Below are positions 18,758 through 27,970 of a DNA stretch of 35,362 nucleotides, in pieces (positions within the stretch are counted from its first letter, which is position 1; each line of letters begins with the position of its first letter). The notes under the pieces are model-generated. The model had not been told where the DNA came from, did not search any database, and saw only the letters and a list, made by a program, of their open reading frames with translations. Source of the stretch: Clostridiales bacterium UBA7573 (GTDB lineage Bacteria > Bacillota > Clostridia > Oscillospirales > CAG-272); NCBI GenBank assembly GCA_002477905.1, contig DLLB01000064.1:18683-54044 (forward strand), in the 5' to 3' direction. A program made the translations under genes and the position numbers.

Positions 18758-19581
18758 TGAAACAACGTTCTCTGCTGCAACGGATGGCGGCGGCTCCGCA
18801 CGCCGTATGGTCGGTGCTGTTTATCATTGCGCCGATGATTTTTGTGGTTGCGTATGCGTTTACCGATGCGGACGGTTCTTTTACATTTTCAAATTTCGGG
18901 GAGCTTTCCCAGTACAGCGGCGTATTTGTCCGCAGTATCCTGTTTGCGTTGATTGCAACGATGATCTGCCTTGTGATCGCGTACCCGCTGGCATATCTGA
19001 TTGCCCGCACCGCACCGAAGACTCAGAAAATTCTTATCATGCTCATCATGCTCCCCATGTGGACAAACTTTCTGATCCGCACCTATTCGCTGATGAATAT
19101 TTTGGAGGATAACGGCGTCTTAAACACCCTGCTCTCCAAAATCGGGTTGGGACCGATTCCGATGATCAATACCGCCGGCGCGGTGATCTTCGGCATGGTT
19201 TATGATTTTCTGCCGTATATGATCCTGCCGATCTACACCGTCATGTCCAAAATGGATGTCAGACTCTTGGAGGCGGCGGCGGACCTTGGCTGTAATCCGG
19301 TGAAAACCGCGCTTCGCGTCACGTTCCCGCTCAGCATTTCCGGTATTGTTTCCGGCGTGACGATGGTGTTTGTTCCCTCTGTCAGTACGTTCTATATTTC
19401 GCAAAAGCTCGGCGGCGGAAACTTTGACCTTGTGGGCGATGCGATCGAGCGGCAGTTTTTGATGGACTATAACTATCATGTCGGTGCGGCGATGTCGTTT
19501 GTGCTGATGATCCTGATTGTGATCAGCATGGCGGTCATGAAACGCTTTTCCGATGAGGACAACGAGGAGGTGCTGGTATGA
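18757..19581 (+). CDS. potB: Spermidine/putrescine ABC transporter permease
   Basis: 6-TM permease with the EAA loop EAAADLGCNPVKTALRVTFP. TGATG overlap with potA. Confidence 0.9.
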   Translation: MKQRSLLQRMAAAPHAVWSVLFIIAPMIFVVAYAFTDADGSFTFSNFGELSQYSGVFVRSILFALIATMICLVIAYPLAYLIARTAPKTQKILIMLIMLPMWTNFLIRTYSLMNILEDNGVLNTLLSKIGLGPIPMINTAGAVIFGMVYDFLPYMILPIYTVMSKMDVRLLEAAADLGCNPVKTALRVTFPLSISGIVSGVTMVFVPSVSTFYISQKLGGGNFDLVGDAIERQFLMDYNYHVGAAMSFVLMILIVISMAVMKRFSDEDNEEVLV

Positions 19582-21617
19582 AACACGCCTCCAGAGTATA
19601 TATGATTCTTGCGTTCATCCTGCTGTATTTTCCGATTGCGGTGATGATCGTATATTCGTTCAACGGTTCGGACAGTACCGCTGTACTGGCGGATTTCCCG
19701 TCGCTGAAATGGTATCGGGAATTGTTCTCCGACAGTGAGACGCTGGGCGCTCTTGGAAACAGCTTGATTATCGCGGTTTGCGCGGCGCTGATTTCCACGC
19801 TGATCGGAACCGCGGCGGCAGTCGGCATTTGCCGGATGCGCAATAAGCGCATGAAAGCGGCATTGCAGACCGTGACCAATATTCCGATGATGAATCCGGA
19901 GATTGTGACCGCGATCTCGATGATGCTTCTGTTTGTATTTGTCGGTACCTTGGTCAGTGCGGTGGATAAACTGAATTTCTGGACGCTTTTGATCGCACAT
20001 ATCACGTTTTGTCTGCCGTATGTCATTCTTTCCGTTATCCCAAAAGTGCAGCAGCTGGATCGTTTTTTACCGGAAGCGGCGCAGGATTTGGGATGCACGC
20101 CGGTTCGTGCGTTTTTCAAAGTGGAACTTCCCGCGATCCTGCCGGGGGTATTTTCCGGCATGGTGATGGCGCTGACCTTGTCGCTTGACGACTTTGTAAT
20201 CAGCTATTTCACGGCGGGGAGCGGATTTGAAACGCTGCCGATTCGCATCTTTTCCATGACGAAAAAACGCGTAAAACCGGATATGTACGCGCTTTCTACG
20301 CTGATCTTTCTGCTGATTCTCGCTTTGCTTCTGATCTCCAATTTTGCAAAGCGTGATGAAACGAAAGTACGCAAAGCTTCTGTCAGCCGCGCGAAACGGG
20401 ACCGGAAGATCAAAGTGGTTTCCGCCATCGTACTCGGCGCGGTACTGCTCGGCGGCATTTCCTTTAAGGTGATTTCCTACGATCCGGATGCGTTGGTACT
20501 CAATGTCTATAACTGGGGCGAGTACATTTCCGACGGTTCAGAGGATTCGCTGGATGTGATTGCAGAATTTGAAGATTGGTATTATCAAACGTATCACCGC
20601 AAGGTGACGGTCAATTATTCCACCTATGCGTCCAACGAGGACTTGTACGCCAAACTCAAAAGCGGCGCGTCCGGTTATGATGTCATCTTCCCGTCGGAAT
20701 ACATGATGGAACGGATGATGCAGGAGGATATGCTGGCAAAGTTAGACTATACGCTGATTCCGAACGCAAAAGATGTGGATGAACGGTATGATCTTGCCTA
20801 TGCGCACGATTATGCGACGCCGTATACCGTCGGAACCGTGGGCTTGATTTATAACACCAAGATGGTAAAAGAAGCGCCGACTTCCTGGAGTGCCATGTGG
20901 GATCCTGCCTATGCGGGGAAGGTGCTGACTTTCAATAACCCGCGGGACGCTTTCATGATCGCACTGTTCAAACTTTCCGGGAACGAAACGGATCTGAATA
21001 CCACGGATGAAGCCAAATGGCAGGCGGCATATCAGGCACTGCGGGAGCAGAAAAAGATCATCCAAAGCTATGTCATGGATGAGATCTTCAATAAAATGGA
21101 GAACGGAGAAGCCGCGATGGCACCGTATTATGCCGGCGACTATCTGACCATGGCTTCCAATAATCCCGACCTTGCGTTTGTCTATCCGGAGGAGGGCACC
21201 AACTTCTTTATTGATTATATGTGCATTCCGAAAACCTCCACTCGTCAAGAGCTTGCGAACGTCTTTATCAATTTCATGCAAAGTCCGGAAATTGCCCGCG
21301 CAAACGCAGAGTATATTTCCTATGCTTCGCCTTTGACCACGGTGGCTAACGATCCGGAATATGCATATTCCGAGGAAAACGATCCGGATTCGTATACCGT
21401 ATTGTACGGGATGCCGGACGGTTATTACATGGACATCTTCCACAACCTGCCGGATGAAACACAGAGCTTGATGAACCGGCTGTGGGATTCCTTAAAGATC
21501 GAGAGCAGTGGCGGCGATACCGGTATTTATATTGCAACTGCCGTGATTTTTGCTGTGATGATCGGTTTTGGTGTGTTCTGGAAAGTACGTCGTTACAGAC
21601 GGGAAAAACGTTATTGA
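19578..21617 (+). CDS. potC: Fused PotC permease and PotD-like substrate-binding protein with an extra linker TM and a C-terminal TM
   Basis: aa 1-257 are a PotC-like permease (EAAQDLGCTPVRAFFKVELP). A basic loop and a TM follow (VVSAIVLGAVLLGGISF). aa ~305-640 are PotD-like (VYNWGEYIS...). The final TM is GIYIATAVIFAVMIGFGVFW, followed by the basic tail KVRRYRREKRY. ATGA overlap with potB. Confidence 0.88.
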   Translation: MKHASRVYMILAFILLYFPIAVMIVYSFNGSDSTAVLADFPSLKWYRELFSDSETLGALGNSLIIAVCAALISTLIGTAAAVGICRMRNKRMKAALQTVTNIPMMNPEIVTAISMMLLFVFVGTLVSAVDKLNFWTLLIAHITFCLPYVILSVIPKVQQLDRFLPEAAQDLGCTPVRAFFKVELPAILPGVFSGMVMALTLSLDDFVISYFTAGSGFETLPIRIFSMTKKRVKPDMYALSTLIFLLILALLLISNFAKRDETKVRKASVSRAKRDRKIKVVSAIVLGAVLLGGISFKVISYDPDALVLNVYNWGEYISDGSEDSLDVIAEFEDWYYQTYHRKVTVNYSTYASNEDLYAKLKSGASGYDVIFPSEYMMERMMQEDMLAKLDYTLIPNAKDVDERYDLAYAHDYATPYTVGTVGLIYNTKMVKEAPTSWSAMWDPAYAGKVLTFNNPRDAFMIALFKLSGNETDLNTTDEAKWQAAYQALREQKKIIQSYVMDEIFNKMENGEAAMAPYYAGDYLTMASNNPDLAFVYPEEGTNFFIDYMCIPKTSTRQELANVFINFMQSPEIARANAEYISYASPLTTVANDPEYAYSEENDPDSYTVLYGMPDGYYMDIFHNLPDETQSLMNRLWDSLKIESSGGDTGIYIATAVIFAVMIGFGVFWKVRRYRREKRY

Positions 21618-21622
21618 AATCA

Positions 21623-21655
21623 AAAAGTACCGCTGTGTAAAACAGCGGTACTTTT
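21623..21655 (+). terminator. Rho-independent terminator after the pot operon
   Basis: AAAAGTACCGCTG ... CAGCGGTACTTTT perfect stem. Confidence 0.8.
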
Positions 21656-21686
21656 CCGAACCGGAGAAAAAGAAAGGATTTCTGTT

Positions 21687-23468
21687 ATGGAAGCAACTTA
21701 TCAGGATGGCGCCATTTGCCTTTCCGGCAAATGGTATGAACCGGCAACTTATCATGTGTCCAATGCGCAACTCAGCGCGGTGTTTGACGGAAAAGGTTCC
21801 GTGGTTTCCTATGCGCTTGCCAATGCAAAAGCGTTTATCGACCGCGGGTATCTGTTTTTGCGGGCAAATGACGAACCGGTGGATGTGTGTGTAGAGAAGC
21901 AGGTTTGTATGTGCGGCAGACGCCAGACGGTGACAATCGCCACGCCGGTGGGGGCACTTGTGGTAGAATTGTTTTTGGATCATGCAGTCAACGGCGTGTT
22001 CTTTCGTTATACTTTTACGCCGAATCGGGAAGAAGATGTGCTTTCCGTCGGGATCGCCTCCAATGCCGTGCCGGAAAAAGAGGCGATCTTCCGTGCGCCG
22101 GGAGATTTGCTTGCCGATTCGCAATTTGCGATTGCCGCAAGCCGTTCCTTTGTGTGGGCTGGTCCCAACCGAAGCATCTATTTTTCCTGTACCGCTTCCC
22201 AGCCGACGATGCAGCTGTTTTTGTCCTGTGGCGGCAGTGCGGAAGAAGCCCGCGCCGCCTGCGATCGGTTTGAGGATTATCGCGCCGCGTGTCTTGCGGA
22301 GATCGCGGCGGTACAGGTTCCGGAAGGTCTGGACGCAAGGCAGACTGCTTTGTATGACAGCTGCTATTTCTGCGCGCTGGAAAACTATAAAGAGAAGGAC
22401 GGATATCGGGGATTCATGGCAGGATGTAACTATCTGCTTCCCATGCGGACTTATTATCGGGATTCCTATTATACGGTGTTGCCGATGTACAGCGGCAACC
22501 TTGAAAAAGTGCGTGCGCAGATTCTCACGCTTGCCCGTGGGATCAAGGCGGACGGCACCTGTCCTTCCGCTGTGACGTACGGATATGGAGAATGGTGGGG
22601 CAATCATTTTGATTCTCCGTCGTTTCTTACCATGATGCTGTATGATTATGTGCATTTTACGAAAGATCTTTCCATCCTGCACGAAACCTATGAAGGGCAA
22701 ACCGTGCTTGCGGATGCACAGCGCGCCTTAGAAAATCTGGCGACGTTTACGGATGAAACGGGGCTTTTGTATAAGCCGGGAAAATACAACAAACGGGACT
22801 GGGCAGATGAAGTCAACCGTAGCGGATATGTTACCTATGATGAAATTTTGTTTGCGCGTGCGTTGCAGTGCATGGCAAAATTGTTTGCATGGATTTCAGA
22901 GGAAGCGCAGAGCGCGGCGTATGCGGCGCGCTATACGCGCGTGAAAGATGCCATCAATGAACTGTTGTGGGATGAATCCCGCGGGTATTACGTCAATTTC
23001 AAAACGGCAGACGAGACAGAAGCGAACCTGTCGGTAGACACCGTGTTTGCCGCGATTTTTGAGATCGCGCCGCCGGAACGCGCCAAACGGATGCTGTCGG
23101 CGATGGAACAGATACTGGAGACAAGGCACAATTCTCAGCAGATGGCGGGGGATTACGGTGTGATGAGCGTCTATCCGTTTTACAGACAGATCGACGGCGC
23201 ATATTGGAAGTCCACACAGCCGTATTACTATCACAACGGCGCAAACTGGCCGTATCTTTCCGCCATGTATGCCTATGCGAAGCGCAAATACGGGATGGAA
23301 TACCGGTATGCGTTGGAAAGCTGGTTTGATTACAATGTCAGACGCGGCAATTATACCCCCATTGAGTTCTTTTCTTCTGTACAGCCGGACGGTTCTATGT
23401 TACAGGCATGGAGCGGCGTGGTGGCGTTTGTGATGAACGAAGCGCTGAGTCTGCATTTCTTTGACTAA
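21687..23468 (+). CDS. Six-hairpin (alpha/alpha)6 glycoside hydrolase, amylo-alpha-1,6-glucosidase (GDE_C)-like
   Basis: 593 aa with no signal peptide. Motif series RDSYYTVLPMY, DWADEVNRSGYVTYDEILFARAL, LWDESRGYYVNF, GVMSVYPFY and YYYHNGANWPYLSAMYAYA resembles GDE_C-type enzymes. Substrate unknown. Confidence 0.6.
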   Translation: MEATYQDGAICLSGKWYEPATYHVSNAQLSAVFDGKGSVVSYALANAKAFIDRGYLFLRANDEPVDVCVEKQVCMCGRRQTVTIATPVGALVVELFLDHAVNGVFFRYTFTPNREEDVLSVGIASNAVPEKEAIFRAPGDLLADSQFAIAASRSFVWAGPNRSIYFSCTASQPTMQLFLSCGGSAEEARAACDRFEDYRAACLAEIAAVQVPEGLDARQTALYDSCYFCALENYKEKDGYRGFMAGCNYLLPMRTYYRDSYYTVLPMYSGNLEKVRAQILTLARGIKADGTCPSAVTYGYGEWWGNHFDSPSFLTMMLYDYVHFTKDLSILHETYEGQTVLADAQRALENLATFTDETGLLYKPGKYNKRDWADEVNRSGYVTYDEILFARALQCMAKLFAWISEEAQSAAYAARYTRVKDAINELLWDESRGYYVNFKTADETEANLSVDTVFAAIFEIAPPERAKRMLSAMEQILETRHNSQQMAGDYGVMSVYPFYRQIDGAYWKSTQPYYYHNGANWPYLSAMYAYAKRKYGMEYRYALESWFDYNVRRGNYTPIEFFSSVQPDGSMLQAWSGVVAFVMNEALSLHFFD

Positions 23469-23477
23469 GCGAAAGAC

Positions 23478-23521
23478 GCAACCCCTGTTCTGTTTTTTCG
23501 GAAAAGGGGTTGCACTTTTTT
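23478..23521 (+). terminator. Rho-independent terminator after the glycosidase
   Basis: GCAACCCCT ... AGGGGTTGC stem followed by ACTTTTTT. Confidence 0.75.
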
Positions 23522-23538
23522 GAAAAGTATGCTATACT
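23510..23538 (+). promoter_or_regulatory. Sigma-A promoter for the O-antigen-ligase-family gene
   Basis: TTGCAC, 17-nt spacer ending in TGC, TATACT. It overlaps the 3-prime arm of the preceding terminator. Confidence 0.5.
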
Positions 23539-23684
23539 GAACAAGGTGCCTGTATGGCAGTTTGGCACATCGCGAAGACGTGGGTTCTTATTTTTGATTT
23601 TACCGGAGTATGATTGCGAAACAGGCGGAAGATTGCGTTTTTCCGCGCTCCGTAGCTTTTGGAACGGAATGAGGTAGAAGAACG

Positions 23685-25013
23685 ATGTTACAGACAGTTC
23701 GTGAAATTCTGCAATCCAAGTATTTTTTTCTGCTTCCTCTGTTGGAAGCGGTTCTGATTACCGTATTTGCAAAGCCGCTGGAAGGGACAGTGGCGTTTGT
23801 ATGTCTGATTTGTGTGTTGTTGATTGTATCGGAGAATACGGCGGTCACACTGTTGCCGTTTTCCCTTTTTTGTATGTTTGTTTTGAAGGAATACGACAGT
23901 TTTGACCGTTTTGTGAAACTGTGGTGGCTTGCGATTCCGCTTGTCATCGCCTTACTGTTCCATTTCCTTGTCTATCGTGAGCATCCGAAGCACAGCTTTT
24001 TGCTGTACGGCGTGATTGCCGTGGCAGCGGCAATCACTTTGGGCGGTGTCGGCTCTATTTCCGCAGAGGAATATTTCACGCCGGCGAGTCTGTACTATAT
24101 CTGCGGACTTGGGATCGTGATGGTGCTGATGCATGAAATGGTGTCTGCGAAGTATCATGACCGAAAACGCTTTGTGGTGTCCGATTATGTTGCGTCAGTG
24201 TTTTACGCTACCGGAATTTATGCGACATTTATGGTATTCGAGGAATACCTCACGCGGCTGGATGAAGTCAAAGCCGCAGGCAAACTGCTGGATCTGCAGT
24301 GGAGCAACAATATCGCGACTTTTTTGATGATTGCGTTACCGTTTGCTTTTTATGCTTGTAAAAAGCACATCTGGCACCTGCCGGTGACGGTTTGCATGCT
24401 CGCTGCCATGATGCTCACCGGTTCCCGCGCGGCATTGATTTTGGGCGTGGTGGAGTATGTGCTTTGTACGGCAGTCTTTTTTATTCTCGACCGCCGTCAT
24501 TGGTATTGGTATCTGTTGGTGATCTGTGTGCTTGGCGGTATGTTTGTGGCATTCCGGACGCAGTTTATGACGTTTTTTGAAAGCGCGATGTTGCATTTTG
24601 ATAACATTGAATCGGAAACGCGGTATCAGATGGCACTGCGCTCCTGGACGGAATTCAAGCAAAATCCATTCTTTGGAAGCGGGCTTGGCGCAACCGGCAG
24701 ACAGGACATCTACAATCCGAAAAAGTTTGCGATGAACTGGTATCATTCCGCGCCGTTTCAGATTTTCGGGAGCTTGGGCATTTTTGGGATCCTCGGTTAT
24801 GGCTTTTTGTGGTTTACCCGTGGAAAAACGTTTTGGGAACACCGTACGGTCTTTGGATTTACAGTGCTCCTCAGCCAGCTGAACTTATTTGCAATGTCGA
24901 TGGTCAATCCCGGATTTTTTTGCCCGTTCCCCTATGAATTTTACATGGTGCTGTTGTTTGCCGTGCTTGCCCGGACAGAACTGACACCGAAAAAGAGAAG
25001 CGCTCTTTCTTAA
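23685..25013 (+). CDS. O-antigen ligase/polymerase (Wzy_C) family polytopic membrane protein
   Basis: 442 aa with at least 10 hydrophobic helices, the LTGSRAALILG motif and a periplasmic-type loop with YHSAPFQ. Typical of the WaaL/Wzy_C family. Confidence 0.75.
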   Translation: MLQTVREILQSKYFFLLPLLEAVLITVFAKPLEGTVAFVCLICVLLIVSENTAVTLLPFSLFCMFVLKEYDSFDRFVKLWWLAIPLVIALLFHFLVYREHPKHSFLLYGVIAVAAAITLGGVGSISAEEYFTPASLYYICGLGIVMVLMHEMVSAKYHDRKRFVVSDYVASVFYATGIYATFMVFEEYLTRLDEVKAAGKLLDLQWSNNIATFLMIALPFAFYACKKHIWHLPVTVCMLAAMMLTGSRAALILGVVEYVLCTAVFFILDRRHWYWYLLVICVLGGMFVAFRTQFMTFFESAMLHFDNIESETRYQMALRSWTEFKQNPFFGSGLGATGRQDIYNPKKFAMNWYHSAPFQIFGSLGIFGILGYGFLWFTRGKTFWEHRTVFGFTVLLSQLNLFAMSMVNPGFFCPFPYEFYMVLLFAVLARTELTPKKRSALS

Positions 25014-25031
25014 TTTTTTCAGATCTTAAAA

Positions 25032-25071
25032 AATACCGGAGCGCATGCCGATTGGCATGCGCTCCGGTATT
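25032..25071. terminator. Bidirectional terminator between the convergent ligase-family and ABC-F genes
   Basis: Perfect 18-bp stem AATACCGGAGCGCATGCC / GGCATGCGCTCCGGTATT with a 4-nt loop, flanked by an A-run and a T-run. Confidence 0.85.
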
Positions 25072-25075
25072 TTGT

Positions 25076-26974
25076 TCAGGTGTCCAAGGTATCTAATTCT
25101 GCGTACCATGCGTCCAGTTGTTGTTCGGTTTGCTGCTTTTGTGCAAAGCACTTTGCCACAGCTTCATAATCCGAAGCCTGTTCTTCCATTTCCCGTTCCA
25201 GATTCACTAACAGTTGTTCTGCTTTTTCAATTTCGGATTCCAGAAACTGCAACCGGCGTTCCCGTTTTTTCTGTTCCGCATTTTTTCGTTTGGCTTCTAA
25301 ATACTGATCTTTTCCGCCGCTTGCCGATTCGGAGATTTCCGGTTCTTTGCTTGGCTGTGCTGCGAGGGTTTTCCGATAGGCAAGGTAGGATTCATAGCCG
25401 CCTGCATAGTCGAAACACCGATACCGCTCTTTTCCGTGAAAATCCAAAATCCGCGTCGCGAGTTTTTTTACAAAATACCGGTCATGGGAAACGGCAATCA
25501 GCGTACCCGGATAGGCAAGCAACGCTTGTTCCAACAGCTCTTTCGATGCAAGATCCAAGTGGTTGGTCGGTTCGTCCAAGATCAGCAGATTCGTCTCGGT
25601 CAGCATCAGCTTGGCAAAAGTCAGCCGGGCTTTCTCGCCGCCGGAAAGTGACGCCACTTTCTTTTGAATATCATCCCCGCGAAACAGTAAGAGTGCAAGC
25701 TGATTGCGGATCTCGGTTTGGGAGAGCGTGGGAAAAGCGTCCCAAAGTTCGTCTAAAACGTTTTTTTCCGGATGCAGATTCTGATTCTCCTGATCGTAAT
25801 AACCCAATTGTACATGATAGCCATAATCAAAAATGCCGGCGTCCGCATCCGTTTTCCCCGCAAGGATCTGAAGCAGAGTGGACTTTCCGCATCCGTTTTC
25901 CCCTGTGATAAACAAGCGGTCGTGCTTGCGCAGGGTGAAGGACAGCGCTTCAAATAATTTTTTACCGGGGTAAGATTTTCCCAGCCCGCGTACATCCAAT
26001 ACCTCATTGCCGCTTTCCACACCGCTTCGGAATTGCAGGCGGATGTCCTCCGGCAGTGCTTCCGGGCGTTCGATGCGTTCCATCTTGTCCAGTTGCTTCT
26101 GTCGGCTTTCTGCCGCAATGATGTTCCGTTCCCGATTCCAACGGCGCTGTTGCGCAATATAGGCTTCGATGCGGGCAATTTCCCGTTGCTGATTCTCATA
26201 GTGCCGCTGCTGAATTTCGCGGTCAGTGCGCTTCTTTTCCACATAGGCGCTGTAATTTCCGTTGTAAAGCCGTGCGCGCGTATTTTCAATTTCCAGAATC
26301 TTATTGGTGATGCGGTCTAAAAAATATCGGTCATGAGAAATCAAAAGAATGGTTTTGTGGTAGGTGGCAAGAAAGTCTTCCAGCCATGTCACCGCGTCCA
26401 GATCCAAATGGTTGGTTGGTTCATCCAGAATCAGAATATCCGGCGCCTGCATGAGGAGCCGCGCCAGCGCGAGTTTGGTTTTCTGTCCGCCGGATAAAGC
26501 GGATACCGGAAGTTGTAAAAAGCGATCGTCAAAGCCGAGATGCAATAAAATTCCCCGACATCGACTGCGGAATTCATATCCGCCGTCCGCTGTGAATTTG
26601 TCGTGTAAAAGGCTGAATCGGTGCGCCAATTCTTCGGAAGGATGGTTTTCCATTTGCGTGCGCAGTGCGGCAAGTTCTTTTTCCATTGTCAGAAGCGCGT
26701 CGTAAGCATGGAGCATTTCGTCATAAACGGTGGCTTCGCTTTCAAATTCCACATGCTGGGCAAGCCAACCGAGCGATTTTTGTCGTGAATAAAAAATATT
26801 TCCGCTTTGCGTATCATATTCGCCGGTGATGAGCTTTAGCAAGGTGCTTTTTCCGGCGCCGTTGACGCCGACAATTCCAAGTTTGTCCCCTTCATTGATA
26901 CTGAACGTGACATCCTGCAAAATGACATCGGTGCCAAACGCAAAACTTACATGATCGCAACTGAGTTCTACCAT
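25076..26974 (-). CDS. ABC-F family ATPase (translation-factor type, Uup/YdiF-like) with a C-terminal coiled coil
   Basis: Two NBDs and no TM. Walker A GVNGAGKST and GENGCGKST, signatures LSGGQKTKLAL and LSGGEKARLTF, Walker B ILILDEPTNHLD and LLILDEPTNHLD. The start is set at MVELSC (ATG 26974) because the consensus promoter lies inside the longer ORF-track extension. Confidence 0.9.
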   Translation of the reverse strand: MVELSCDHVSFAFGTDVILQDVTFSINEGDKLGIVGVNGAGKSTLLKLITGEYDTQSGNIFYSRQKSLGWLAQHVEFESEATVYDEMLHAYDALLTMEKELAALRTQMENHPSEELAHRFSLLHDKFTADGGYEFRSRCRGILLHLGFDDRFLQLPVSALSGGQKTKLALARLLMQAPDILILDEPTNHLDLDAVTWLEDFLATYHKTILLISHDRYFLDRITNKILEIENTRARLYNGNYSAYVEKKRTDREIQQRHYENQQREIARIEAYIAQQRRWNRERNIIAAESRQKQLDKMERIERPEALPEDIRLQFRSGVESGNEVLDVRGLGKSYPGKKLFEALSFTLRKHDRLFITGENGCGKSTLLQILAGKTDADAGIFDYGYHVQLGYYDQENQNLHPEKNVLDELWDAFPTLSQTEIRNQLALLLFRGDDIQKKVASLSGGEKARLTFAKLMLTETNLLILDEPTNHLDLASKELLEQALLAYPGTLIAVSHDRYFVKKLATRILDFHGKERYRCFDYAGGYESYLAYRKTLAAQPSKEPEISESASGGKDQYLEAKRKNAEQKKRERRLQFLESEIEKAEQLLVNLEREMEEQASDYEAVAKCFAQKQQTEQQLDAWYAELDTLDT

Positions 26975-27013
26975 GAAAAAGCCCTTTCTTTCCTTGATTT
27001 CCATATCCCTTTT

Positions 27014-27042
27014 ATTATAGGGCATCGGAGGAGGTTTGTCAA
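27014..27042 (-). promoter_or_regulatory. Consensus sigma-A promoter for the ABC-F gene
   Basis: On the minus strand: TTGACA, 17-nt spacer, TATAAT. Confidence 0.65.
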
Positions 27043-27070
27043 GTTGGGAAAGGAAAAATGCAAAAAATAC

Positions 27071-27099
27071 TTGACGAAAACATAGTTTTATGCTACAAT
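27071..27099 (+). promoter_or_regulatory. Sigma-A promoter for tRNA-Leu (divergent from the ABC-F promoter)
   Basis: TTGACG, 17-nt spacer ending in TGC, TACAAT, about 50 nt upstream of the tRNA. Confidence 0.65.
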
Positions 27100-27149
27100 A
27101 AAACGCGTTAAGCGGTTGCACGCCGAAAAGGTGCGGTTAAAAATTTCAT

Positions 27150-27234
27150 GCGGGTGTGGCGGAATTGGTTGACGCGCTGGATTTAGGATCCAGTTTCGCA
27201 AGAAGTGCAGGTTCGAGTCCTGTCACCCGTACCA
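27150..27234 (+). tRNA. tRNA-Leu, anticodon UAG, with encoded CCA
   Basis: 85 nt. Acceptor GCGGGTG/CACCCGT (G1-U72 wobble), D-arm TGGCGGAATTGGTTGACGCGC typical of tRNA-Leu, anticodon stem CTGGA/TCCAG with loop TTTAGGA, a long variable arm and T-loop GGTTCGAGTCC. Confidence 0.9.
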
Positions 27235-27247
27235 AATTTAAAAGAAT

Positions 27248-27291
27248 CCGAACTCTCTTATAGTCAAAGACGGTTCGGGTTTATTCTTTTT
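27248..27291 (+). terminator. Terminator after tRNA-Leu
   Basis: CCGAAC ... GTTCGG stem followed by GTTTATTCTTTTT. Confidence 0.55.
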
Positions 27292-27299
27292 GTGCCATC

Positions 27300-27836
27300 A
27301 TGATATATCATAATAGGGAAAATTGTTTTGTAGATAAGCCGAACGACGAATGGAGGCGAGATGCTGTGCAACTCTATAATTGTGTGCCCGAAGATATGGA
27401 AAAATGGATGCGCCTTGTAACACAGGTCCGATGGAACTTTCCGGGGCTGGAAACACAAGAAAAGCTCCATGCGTATCAAGCCACCGTCCTCAAATTCATG
27501 GATAAGCGGCAAGCGATCTGCGTAAAAGAGGGAAACGAAATTGCAGGCGTTATGTTGTTTTCACGAGGACACAACATGATCTGCTGTCTCGCTGTTGCGC
27601 CTGCATACCGTCGTCATGGTGTCGCCTCTATGTTGATGACGGAAGCACTTGCCAATTTGGACAGAACGAAGGAAATCTCTGTTTCGACCTTTCGGGCTGA
27701 TGATGAAAAAGGAATTGCACCAAGAGCATTGTATGAAAAATTCGGTTTTATTGCAGATGAGCTGATGGAGGAATTTGATTACCCAAGTCAAAAATTTGTC
27801 CTCCATCCCATTGGTGCCTCCCGATTTCCACCTTGA
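27300..27836 (+). CDS. GNAT family N-acetyltransferase
   Basis: Motif A VAPAYRRHGVASMLM and a C-terminal YEKFGF. There is no good RBS at ATG 27300. An in-frame GTG at 27366 has GGAGG 9 nt upstream and may be the true start. A+T-rich relative to neighbouring genes. Confidence 0.75.
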   Translation: MIYHNRENCFVDKPNDEWRRDAVQLYNCVPEDMEKWMRLVTQVRWNFPGLETQEKLHAYQATVLKFMDKRQAICVKEGNEIAGVMLFSRGHNMICCLAVAPAYRRHGVASMLMTEALANLDRTKEISVSTFRADDEKGIAPRALYEKFGFIADELMEEFDYPSQKFVLHPIGASRFPP

Positions 27837-27861
27837 CATTTTTTCCTTGGCATGCTATAAT
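27833..27861 (+). promoter_or_regulatory. Consensus sigma-A promoter for the membrane-protein / glycosidase-like pair
   Basis: TTGACA (overlapping the GNAT stop), 17-nt spacer ending in TGC, TATAAT. Confidence 0.6.
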
Positions 27862-27970
27862 AAACGAAAAAGAAATGTTCGATGCAACGGTTTCTTTTTG
27901 GTAAGACGTAGAATTCCCCCCGCCTGGACTTTGCAAAAAATCAAAATTTAAACGACGGAGATCTTCTATT

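Noticed and set aside
25045-25908. 287-aa plus-strand ORF opposite the ABC-F gene
   Set aside because: It starts inside the 18-bp terminator hairpin, and its product is Arg/Ser/Pro-rich without motifs. The ABC-F frame is unambiguous.
25076-26974. ABC-F as an antibiotic-resistance (ARE, Vga/Lsa/Msr/OptrA-like) determinant
   Set aside because: By eye, the inter-NBD linker is of ordinary length (roughly 55-60 aa between YSAYVEKK and IERPE). The gene lies in a housekeeping context with a Uup-like C-terminal coiled coil. A phylogenetic placement would be needed to be certain.
27300-27836. GNAT as the toxin of a TacT/AtaT-type GNAT-RHH toxin-antitoxin pair (it sits next to a tRNA gene)
   Set aside because: No small upstream or downstream antitoxin ORF (RHH/DUF1778-like) is present. 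The flanks are a tRNA terminator and a promoter for the next gene. The adjacency to a tRNA is most simply positional.
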